Shown: positions 38,709 to 46,758 of the stretch, in pieces
How positions within the stretch are numbered: the stretch's first letter is position 1
Layout: each line of letters begins with the position of its first letter
From: Myxococcales bacterium
Lineage (GTDB): Bacteria; Myxococcota_A; UBA9042
Direction: 5' to 3'
DNA: 64,000 nt
Assembly (NCBI GenBank): GCA_037441385.1
Contig: JBBISH010000002.1
Coordinates: 96,001 to 160,000, forward strand
The notes under the pieces: generated by a model
The model's input: only the letters and a program-made list of their open reading frames with translations
Told to the model about the DNA's origin: nothing
Databases searched by the model: none
Program-made: the position numbers and the translations under genes

Positions 38709-39331
38709 CCTTCGCTGTCCGGGCGTTTTCGACCCAGCGAGAGGCTGCCCAGCGGCCGGCGAGCAGCGACGGGCACGGGCAGCGGCGCAGGCTCCTCGTC
38801 GGCGCCTTCCTCCGCCTCGCGGGCGTCCAGCCAGCTCTCTAGCGCCTGCTCAAAGCGGGGATCGTCAACGAAGTAGCTCTGCGACAGGCAGAATTCCACC
38901 AGACGCTCGGCACTCTGCTGGTTCTGCAGATCGTTCCAGCGCCTCTGCAGGCCGGGGTGAACCGCCAGCACCGTGCGGAACGACCGAAACGGCTTGCTCC
39001 CCTGCAGCGCCGCGGTCAGCTGCGTCTTGGCCTTGCCGGCGCGCAGGTCGTCCACGAATTGCTGTGCCGCGGCAAAGGCTTCGTCGCTCTCTTGGTAAGG
39101 GATCTCGATCCAATTCGCGTCGCGCCACAGGCGTTCTTCAAATCGCTGCACCGTGGCGGCCCGCTGCTTGCCGCGCGGCGCCTCGAACAGCTCGCCGGTC
39201 GCCGGGTTCCAGTGGCTCATGCTGACCGGGCTGGCGCGGGCGAACAGGCGCACCAAATCGGGCCACTGACCGCGCACGGGGCGCAGCTCGTTGCCTGGAT
39301 CTTCGGCCAAATGGTTGCCTTTGCCCGTCAT
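38705..39331 (-). CDS. UPF0158 family protein
   Basis: HWNPATGE, IEIP..ESDEAF...FV, LQGSKPFRSFRTVL and RWN segments. Confidence 0.75.
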   Translation of the reverse strand: MTGKGNHLAEDPGNELRPVRGQWPDLVRLFARASPVSMSHWNPATGELFEAPRGKQRAATVQRFEERLWRDANWIEIPYQESDEAFAAAQQFVDDLRAGKAKTQLTAALQGSKPFRSFRTVLAVHPGLQRRWNDLQNQQSAERLVEFCLSQSYFVDDPRFEQALESWLDAREAEEGADEEPAPLPVPVAARRPLGSLSLGRKRPDSEG

Positions 39332-39442
39332 CTTCCCCGCATCCGCTCCGTGCACCACAAGCTGGCGCGCCGGCCGCGGCGACCTCGCCCGTACCCGACG
39401 CGGTGACAGTCTTGCCGGCCCGCGCCCGGGGCGCAAGCATCT

Positions 39443-40552
39443 GTGCGGCATCTGGCGTTCAGCGCGCATCTGCGCCATCCTGGTCGGCGGGAGGACACGA
39501 CCTTGCTGTCGCAGTACCAACTCGGTCAACTCTACGCCGGCCTCCGCCGGGCCGTGCGATCGCGGCGGTGGCCCGAGGCCAGCCACCTGCTCGCCCAGGC
39601 GCTGGGGATGGAGTTGCCTGGCCAGCCCACCGAGGCCGAGATCGCCGCCGCTGCGGGCAGCCACCTGGTCCGCCAGCTCAGCTACCGCGGCTTCAAGCCC
39701 GCCGAATTGACCATGGTGGTCGCCGACTTGAAGCCGGTCGTCAAGCTCGAAGACATCCCGATCGAACAGGCGCGGCGGTTTGCCGCTCGCACGTCGGCTG
39801 GCCGCAAGGTGTTGATTGGCGAGGCCTATCGCAAAGACTACCTGCTCTTGCGCTCGGACCCGTGCTCGCCCGACGACCCGAACGCGCTGGTGTGTGTTTT
39901 CGTGAGCGCTGGCGACCAGGCCGCCGAATTGGCCAAGCTCGAAAACACCGCGCGCGAGGATGCGCAGGCCGCTGGCCAGCTTTTGGGTTTCCCCAAGTGT
40001 TGCGTAGACGCATTTTGCGCCGATTTCGAGCGGTCGCGCGTCGATCAAGACACGATCAACGACGACGCCGTGCGCCGCATGCTCGCCGAGGCCGCCCCGC
40101 CAACGTTTGCACCGTGGAAGTTAAATCCGTTGGCCGACGGCGAACTTCTGGGCTTCTTCCCCTGCCGCGCCAACTGCCCAGAGGCGCTACAGCGCGCCGA
40201 CCGCGTGATCGCCGCCATGGAGGGACTGCGCCCCGACGAGCTCGAGCGCATTCATCGCCGCCTGAATCGTCCGGCCCTGTTTTGGCGCCTGCCCTTCTTT
40301 GCGGTAGCGCGCGGGGTGTGGCGCGGGCCGGTGTTGTACCTGCGGGAGTTGCGGGTAAATGCCTTTGCTGATCGCGAGGTTCGCGCGGCACAGGCGCTAC
40401 TGGCGGCCCACCTGACCTCTTGGCTGCAGCCCGGCTGCGGCATCTCGGTCGAAGATGGCCAACTGGTTCGCTGGCGCGGCGATCGGCGCGACGGGCGGTT
40501 GGCGGCCAACCCCGGTTCGGCCCCCCTGCTCTGCGGCTGGCGCGACGAGTAG
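39443..40552 (+). CDS. DUF483-like Cys-motif protein
   Basis: GFKP, GQLLGFPKCCVDAF and FFPCRANC motifs. Confidence 0.65.
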   Translation: MRHLAFSAHLRHPGRREDTTLLSQYQLGQLYAGLRRAVRSRRWPEASHLLAQALGMELPGQPTEAEIAAAAGSHLVRQLSYRGFKPAELTMVVADLKPVVKLEDIPIEQARRFAARTSAGRKVLIGEAYRKDYLLLRSDPCSPDDPNALVCVFVSAGDQAAELAKLENTAREDAQAAGQLLGFPKCCVDAFCADFERSRVDQDTINDDAVRRMLAEAAPPTFAPWKLNPLADGELLGFFPCRANCPEALQRADRVIAAMEGLRPDELERIHRRLNRPALFWRLPFFAVARGVWRGPVLYLRELRVNAFADREVRAAQALLAAHLTSWLQPGCGISVEDGQLVRWRGDRRDGRLAANPGSAPLLCGWRDE

Positions 40553-40889
40553 ACCCCAATCATCTGGCAGGTCTTGCGCCGACGGCCTGGGCGGCAAAGG
40601 CCGCCGAATGGTCTGGCAATGGGTACCGTCCGCCCCGGCAGGCTCGCCTGTACGCGGTTGGAAATGCGCGGTTGTGTGCGTGCGCTTTTCGGCGATGACG
40701 AAATGAACCTTGCCAGCACCGCCGGCAACCAACGGGTGAACTGCACAACTGGGTGCAGCGATGGATCGGATCGGGTCATGGCCGTCGCCCCAATCAGACC
40801 AGAACGCGGCTTGGCGGGTTCTGCACGCTATTTCGACGCATTGGGCGCAAAGTGGCGGCTGGCTGCCGGCGAGCAGAGGGCTGGTTAGG

Positions 40890-40918
40890 TTGACACTGAG
40901 GGCCGAGCCTTCTAAAGT
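40890..40918 (+). promoter_or_regulatory. Putative sigma70-type promoter of the polysaccharide export operon
   Basis: TTGACA-N17-TAAAGT. Confidence 0.6.
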
Positions 40919-41035
40919 AGGGTCGCTTAGGCGTATGTCGCGATGCATGCGCGTGCGGCCGAATTAGGGTTGGCGGTGGCGCCGGACAGAATGACCGGTG
41001 CAAGAAAGCGACGAAGGCAGATTCGATTCGGCACC

Positions 41036-41071
41036 TGAAATTGCACGCGATCATGAAATTGCACGCGATCA
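41036..41071 (+). repeat. Perfect 18-bp tandem duplication
   Basis: TGAAATTGCACGCGATCA x2. Confidence 0.9.
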
Positions 41072-41184
41072 ATGCTGTGCGCGACGACGACGAGGGATGG
41101 AAATGCAGAGGACCAATACCCACCGCGCCGATCAACGCTTCGAAATGCCGTCGGTCGGCGCTGCGCTGTCGACGGGCATGGTAC

Positions 41185-41217
41185 GGGCGTCGGATCTGGG
41201 CAGGGCGTCGGATCTGG
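41185..41217 (+). repeat. 15-bp direct repeat (period 18)
   Basis: GGGCGTCGGATCTGG at 41185 and 41203. Confidence 0.85.
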
Positions 41218-41291
41218 ACTCGGACGTGGGCGGCGCCTGGTTCGGCGATGTGGCCGGTAAGCTGAATGTGATCGGCAAGCTGAAGGGAATC

Positions 41292-41858
41292 ATGCGATTG
41301 GATATGTCTTTGCGCATTCTCGCCGCGGCGGTGATCGGTACGTTGTGCCTGGGCGCGGCGCTCTGGGTGGGCGCAGAAGAGGCCAGCAAGTCCGATCCCA
41401 GCCAGATCGAGCGGCAGGTCGAGCAGGCCCACAACTACGTCGAACGCATCCGCGCCATGGTGCAGACCGGCTTCAACGAGCGCGAAGAAGCCCGCAATTC
41501 TCAGAATGTGTCGCGCGTCAACTGCGTCAGCGAAGCCTTGGCGACCTTGAAGGGCATGCTCAAGATCGCAGAGAGCATGTACGTGGCGATGCAGGAGTGT
41601 GCCTCGCGCAAAGACGCTGGTTGCACGGAAAGCGAATACGTCAAGATCTCCATTACTTTCAACAAGTGCGAAGAACTCGAAGGTCAGCTGAAAGGCTGCG
41701 GCGGACCGTCCATCGACGGCGCCATCGACGGCCGGCCGGTCATCGAGAAAGTGGTGGAAGATCTTCCCGATATCAAACCGACCCAGGGGCTGACCGACAT
41801 CTCGCCTCTGTTGGAGAACCCGCCGTCGGCGAGCGTCTTCTTCAAGATGGGCGGCTAA
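41292..41858 (+). CDS. Secreted helical Cys-containing hypothetical protein
   Basis: Signal peptide from MRLDMSLR; helical body with VNC, ECASRKDAGC, KC and GC; GAAGGG RBS. Confidence 0.75.
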   Translation: MRLDMSLRILAAAVIGTLCLGAALWVGAEEASKSDPSQIERQVEQAHNYVERIRAMVQTGFNEREEARNSQNVSRVNCVSEALATLKGMLKIAESMYVAMQECASRKDAGCTESEYVKISITFNKCEELEGQLKGCGGPSIDGAIDGRPVIEKVVEDLPDIKPTQGLTDISPLLENPPSASVFFKMGG

Positions 41859-41981
41859 CGTACGCAGTTCGCTCTGCAGCAAAGTCGCACTCGATCGAGG
41901 CGGCTGCGGCGGAGTGAGCGCCTGGACGAATCGAACTCGGTCCGATCGCGATCGGCCCGGGAACTCGGTCAGCGAGGACTG

Positions 41982-43424
41982 ATGGACGCAACATCCCTGC
42001 ACGACGAACGACTGCGACCGCAGCGTCCGAACCGGACGGGCCACGCCGCGAGCGTGCTGGTCGGGCGGAGCTTCCGAGTGGCGCGGAGTTTGGGCACGGC
42101 CCTGGCGGCGTTGGTGGCGGTGGCCAGCGGTAGCGTAGTGCTGTTGAGCAGCCAAGATGCGCTGGCGCAAAGCGCGGAAATGAGCCTGCCGCCGATCGCG
42201 CAAGATCGCGGTCTGCGAACGGGCGAATTCACGTTGTATCCGTCGATGGGCCTGATGACCCACTACGACACGAACTTGTTCAACGGCAGCGACAAAGAGA
42301 ACAACGCGCCGATCGGCGCCACTTCGCTGCGCTTCATGCCGCGCCTGTCGCTGATCAACGACGGCAACGGCAACGTCAACTTTGCGTTCAACGGCTTGGG
42401 CGACGCGCGCCTGTACCTGTCGGACAACAACATCGTCTCGGAGCAGAAGGCCGTGGGTGGCAATCTGAACCTGGACGTGACGTTTGGCCAAAAGCGCTCG
42501 ATGTCGCTGACGGTGTACAACTACTTCAATCGCGCGCTGCGCACCAACAACTGGGCCACGCTCGAAACGTTGAACCGCGTCGCCAACGACGTCGGCGCAC
42601 GCGTCGAGTTCCACCCGGGCGACATCCCCGAGCGCCGGCCATTCAACATCTCGATCGGCGGCTCGTACGCGGTGGACGCCTTCGACAACTTCACGGCCGG
42701 CGACACCAGCACGATTCGCACCAAGCTGACCGGGTCGTGGCGCTTCCTGCCCAAGACGGCGGCGGTGCTCGACGCGGGCTGGGATTTCCGCAAGTACGAG
42801 ACCGCATCACTGAAGCAAGCCGGTCTGGCGGCCGACTCCAAGCCGTTCCGGGCCCGCGCTGGCTTGACCGGCGCCTTGACCAAGCGCATCAGCGCCCAGG
42901 CGTTGGCCGGTTGGGGCATGTCCACGCACGCCACCGGCAGCTCGTACAGCGGCTTCTTGGGCAGCGTGGGCGTGGGCTTGCGCGCCTCGGAGAGCACCCG
43001 CCTGTACTTGACCTACGATCACGACTTCGTGGACTCGTTCTTTGGTAACTACGTGGCCTTCCACCGCTTTGGCGCGTCGCTCAAGCAGCGCTTTGGCAAT
43101 GTGCTCGATGTGACGGGCAGCTTTGGCACCCGCCTGATGAGCTTTGGCGTGATCGAGCCCAAGGGCGTGCTGGCCAGCGGCCTGTCGTCCAGTTGCGACG
43201 GCGCGGTGGCGGGCAAGAGCGGCTGCCGCAACGACACCGGCGTGGACGCCTCGCTGGTAGCCGCGTTCGAGCTGCACCGCCTGGTGGGCATGAACATCGG
43301 TTGGACGATGCGCAAGGTCATCACCAGCTTCAAGGTGCTGAGCGCCTCCAACACCAATCTGGTGCTCGACGTGGGCGAGTACACGGCCCACGAAATCTAC
43401 GCTACGGTGGTTCTGCGGTACTAA
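41982..43424 (+). CDS. Outer-membrane beta-barrel of polysaccharide export (EpsX/ExoB/Wzp-like)
   Basis: Signal peptide, YDTNLF, alternating beta-strand pattern, WRFLPKTA, C-terminal aromatic residue (LRY); adjacent to OPX. Confidence 0.8.
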   Translation: MDATSLHDERLRPQRPNRTGHAASVLVGRSFRVARSLGTALAALVAVASGSVVLLSSQDALAQSAEMSLPPIAQDRGLRTGEFTLYPSMGLMTHYDTNLFNGSDKENNAPIGATSLRFMPRLSLINDGNGNVNFAFNGLGDARLYLSDNNIVSEQKAVGGNLNLDVTFGQKRSMSLTVYNYFNRALRTNNWATLETLNRVANDVGARVEFHPGDIPERRPFNISIGGSYAVDAFDNFTAGDTSTIRTKLTGSWRFLPKTAAVLDAGWDFRKYETASLKQAGLAADSKPFRARAGLTGALTKRISAQALAGWGMSTHATGSSYSGFLGSVGVGLRASESTRLYLTYDHDFVDSFFGNYVAFHRFGASLKQRFGNVLDVTGSFGTRLMSFGVIEPKGVLASGLSSSCDGAVAGKSGCRNDTGVDASLVAAFELHRLVGMNIGWTMRKVITSFKVLSASNTNLVLDVGEYTAHEIYATVVLRY

Positions 43425-43614
43425 GCTGCGCGCCGCGAATGCGCGCGGTGCGGGTGCGGCTGCCGGCCGGCCCATGCACACCGGGTCCGCGCCGGGCGTG
43501 AGCCGCGAACCCAAACTGGCCACCACTCAAGGCCAAGCGTTCGCGCCGCCCAGAGCCGTGGCCAAGCGGCCCGCCCCTCTCCGCCCTCTACTGGGAACCA
43601 AGGCTGCCCGCCGC

Positions 43615-44271
43615 ATGATGGCGATGTTCACCAACCGAGTCCTTTGGCCAAATCCTGTGCGCGGGCAGGTGCGGTGGGTCGCTGTGGCGGCCTGGTTCGC
43701 GGCCTTGGCGCTGGTGGGCTGCTCGACCACAGCCTCGTCGACCTACAACAATGTGCCCGTCGACAGCCGTCTGGCGGTGCAGGCGGCCTCGTTGGGGCCG
43801 GGCGATGAGTTCGAAGTCCGCGTCTACGAAGAGCCAGGCCTGTCAGGCAGTTTCGTGGTCTCGCCCACCGGGCAGGTCGACTACCCGCTGCTGGGCTCGC
43901 TGACCGTGGAAGGCCTGACGCCGCAGCAGGTGTCTGGCCTGATTCGCACGCGCCTGGCGGCCAAGTACATCCGTCAGCCGTACGTGGTGGTGCAGGTCAA
44001 GACCCTGAACTCCAAGAAGATCATCGTACTGGGCGAGGTGAAGGCGCCGGGTCGCTTCAACTACGGCGATCGAATGACCATCGTCGAGGCGATCACCTTG
44101 GCGGGCGGTTTCACGACTCTCGCCGAGCGCAACTACACGATCGTCACGCGCGGCGAGGCGGCCGGGACGCGCCGGGTGGCCGTGCCCGTCGAGAAGATCA
44201 TGCAGGGGCTGGCGGCAAACTTCTTGCTGCAGCCGGGGGACATCGTGTTCGTCCCGGAGACGATTCTGTAG
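43615..44271 (+). CDS. wza: Short OPX polysaccharide export lipoprotein (Poly_export + SLBB)
   Basis: Lipobox LVGC, LGPGD, GQVDYPLLG, LGEVKAPG, AGG, LQPGDIVFVPE; ends without an outer-membrane helix. Confidence 0.9.
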   Translation: MMAMFTNRVLWPNPVRGQVRWVAVAAWFAALALVGCSTTASSTYNNVPVDSRLAVQAASLGPGDEFEVRVYEEPGLSGSFVVSPTGQVDYPLLGSLTVEGLTPQQVSGLIRTRLAAKYIRQPYVVVQVKTLNSKKIIVLGEVKAPGRFNYGDRMTIVEAITLAGGFTTLAERNYTIVTRGEAAGTRRVAVPVEKIMQGLAANFLLQPGDIVFVPETIL

Positions 44272-44274
44272 CCC

Positions 44275-46527
44275 ATGGCTGATCTTCCCCTCACCCTGCC
44301 GAGCAATGGCTCGTCGTTCGGGTCGCCCGAGGCGCCGTTCAATCGCGTCGTGCGCGTCGTGCGCGAGCGGCTGTGGTGGTTCCTGCTGACCGCAACGCTG
44401 ACCGTGGTGGTGGTCTTTGTGGTGGTGAAGCGGCAGACGCCGATCTACCGCGCGACGGCCATCGTCATGGTCGACACCAACGCGCCGCGCGTGCTCAGCC
44501 CCGATCTAGAGGTCGCGCCCCTGGGCAGCAACGGCTATGGCCAGCAACGCGGCTTCTACGCGGCGCAGCGGCAGATTCTGCAATCGCGCGACCTGGCGGC
44601 GATCGTGGTGAACCGCCTGGGTCTGTCGCGCGACGAGCGCTTCTTGGCCCTGAACCGCCCTGGCAAGCAACTGACCCGAGCGCAAAAGGACGCGATCATG
44701 GCCACCGCCGACGTGGTAGATCGGAAGAGCAGCCGTGTGGTGGTCGAGTCGAGCGATGATTCGGGCGTGTTGCGCGTCTCGGTCGAGGACTCGGACGCCG
44801 ACATGGCCCGCGACCTGGTCAACGCCGTGGTGAAGGCCTACCGCGATCGCAACATCGACGTGAAGAAGCGGGTGGTCAAAGAGGCCAGCTCGGACCTGAA
44901 TGCCATTTTCAAGCGGCTAGAGGGCGAGAAGGACAACAGCCTGATGGCGCTATACAATTTCGAGAAGGACCACGACTTTTCGGACACGCGCCGCAACATG
45001 GTCAACGAGCAGATCCTGGCGCTGTCGCGCTCGCTGCGCGACGTGCACGTCATCCGTCTGCGCGCCCAGCAGGAGATGACGCAACTTCGTAAGTTTAAAG
45101 GAAATCGCGACATCTTCCTGGCTTCGGCGCCCGGCTTGATGCGCGACGGTCTGGTGGGCGAGCTCAAGCGCCGCTACCTGGAGCTCAGCGTCAAGCGCAA
45201 GGAACTGGCCGCCGCGTACCTGCCCGACCACCCGCGCCTGCAGTCCGTCGACCAACAGATGGACCAGCTGTTGACCCTGGCCATTCGCCACGCCTCTGCC
45301 CTGGCCGATGCGGCGGCCACCCAGTACCAGAACGCCTCGGCCGAAGAGGCCGACCTGGAACGCCAGCTCGTCGCGGCCCGCGCCCAAGATGCGGAGATCC
45401 GTTTGGCCAAGATCGAGCACGACAAGCTGCAAGTGCGCCTGGACGAAGACAAGTTGTTCTACGACAAGGTCGCCAAGCGCATCACCGAGGCGGACATCAC
45501 CCGCGACATCGGCGTGAACAACGTCAACGTGTTGGACCTGGCCGTCACGCCCAAGGCGCCTGTGCGCCCCAATGTGCAGACGGGCCTGGCGCTGGGCGGC
45601 CTGTTGGCCCTCTTGCTGGGCTTGGGCACGGCGTTCCTGGTCGATCTGCTCGACAACCGCATTCGCAGCCGCGAAGACATTGAACAGTTGCTGGGCGTGC
45701 CCTACTTGGGGGCCATTCCCACGTTCGAGCCCGGCGACCCCGACGAAGGCATCCCTGTCCCCGAAGATCGCTTGGACTTGTACGTCCACTTCCGGCCCAA
45801 TTCGCGCGCGGCCGAAGCGGCCCGGTCGGTGCGCACCAACTTGCTGTTCATGCGGCCGGACAAGCCCATTCGTAGCCTGCTGGTGACCAGCTCGTCGGCG
45901 CGCGAAGGCAAGTCGTCGACATCGACGACGCTGGCGGTGACGCTGGCCGCGACTTCGGGCAACGTCATCCTGATCGACACCGACCTGCGCAAGCCGCGTC
46001 TGCACCGCTTGTTTGGCCTGCCGGGCGGCGAGGGCGGTCTGACCAGCTACTTGGTGAGCCACCGGCCGATCGAGGACTTTGTCGTCAAGACCGAGGTTCC
46101 CGGCCTGGACTTCCTGCCTTGCGGCCCGGTGCCGCCCAATCCGTCCGAGCTTTTGCACGCGCAGCGGTTCAAGACCCTGGTCGAGGAAGTGCAGGCCAAG
46201 TACGAGTTCGTCGTGTTCGACTCGTCGCCTGGCACCTTGGTTACCGACCCGCTGGTGCTGGCGTCGATGGTCGACGGGGTGGTGGTCGTGGCCCACAGCC
46301 AGGGCGCGCGCCGCGCTCAACTCAAGCAGTTCTTGGCGGGTCTGCGGGCCGTGAACGCGTCGGTCCTGGGCGTGGTGCAGTCGCGCGTGACGCAAGGCAC
46401 TGGCACGTATGGCTATTACTACGCCAAGGGCTACCGGCGCGGCGCCTATCGCTACCAGTACCGCTACCAGCGCGACCCGAACAAAGAGACCGACGTGGGC
46501 GACGAGCCGCCCGCCGACGCCGGCTGA
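44275..46527 (+). CDS. wzc: Polysaccharide co-polymerase / BY-kinase Wzc
   Basis: Two TMs with TPIYRATA, periplasmic coiled coil with YLPDHP, Walker A SSSAREGKS, DTDLRKP, FDSSP, and C-terminal Tyr cluster. Confidence 0.93.
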   Translation: MADLPLTLPSNGSSFGSPEAPFNRVVRVVRERLWWFLLTATLTVVVVFVVVKRQTPIYRATAIVMVDTNAPRVLSPDLEVAPLGSNGYGQQRGFYAAQRQILQSRDLAAIVVNRLGLSRDERFLALNRPGKQLTRAQKDAIMATADVVDRKSSRVVVESSDDSGVLRVSVEDSDADMARDLVNAVVKAYRDRNIDVKKRVVKEASSDLNAIFKRLEGEKDNSLMALYNFEKDHDFSDTRRNMVNEQILALSRSLRDVHVIRLRAQQEMTQLRKFKGNRDIFLASAPGLMRDGLVGELKRRYLELSVKRKELAAAYLPDHPRLQSVDQQMDQLLTLAIRHASALADAAATQYQNASAEEADLERQLVAARAQDAEIRLAKIEHDKLQVRLDEDKLFYDKVAKRITEADITRDIGVNNVNVLDLAVTPKAPVRPNVQTGLALGGLLALLLGLGTAFLVDLLDNRIRSREDIEQLLGVPYLGAIPTFEPGDPDEGIPVPEDRLDLYVHFRPNSRAAEAARSVRTNLLFMRPDKPIRSLLVTSSSAREGKSSTSTTLAVTLAATSGNVILIDTDLRKPRLHRLFGLPGGEGGLTSYLVSHRPIEDFVVKTEVPGLDFLPCGPVPPNPSELLHAQRFKTLVEEVQAKYEFVVFDSSPGTLVTDPLVLASMVDGVVVVAHSQGARRAQLKQFLAGLRAVNASVLGVVQSRVTQGTGTYGYYYAKGYRRGAYRYQYRYQRDPNKETDVGDEPPADAG

Positions 46528-46758
46528 TCGATCGCGCCGCGGAGCCTGCCAAGCCCCCTCGTCCGCGCAACTCGCCCGCACCACCCGCGCGACGCATTCG
46601 GTTGATTGCCCTGAAGTTGCGTAGTTCGCGCCTGTCCCGCTTCGCAGGTCCACTCTGCAACCGGCAAGAATCTGGCGGGGACCCCGGCTCGAGCCCGGAG
46701 AATTGCCGGAGATTTCGAGCCAATCCAGACGGATTGCCTGGGATAGAGGCGCCCGGAA

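Noticed and set aside
41029..41045. sigma54-like promoter CGGCAC...TTGCA
   Set aside because: The GG-to-GC spacing is 11 nt rather than the strict 10 nt.
42126..42138. ops/JUMPStart-like AGCGGTAGCGTAG near the polysaccharide genes
   Set aside because: It is an imperfect match, lies inside signal-peptide coding sequence, and is expected by chance at this GC content.
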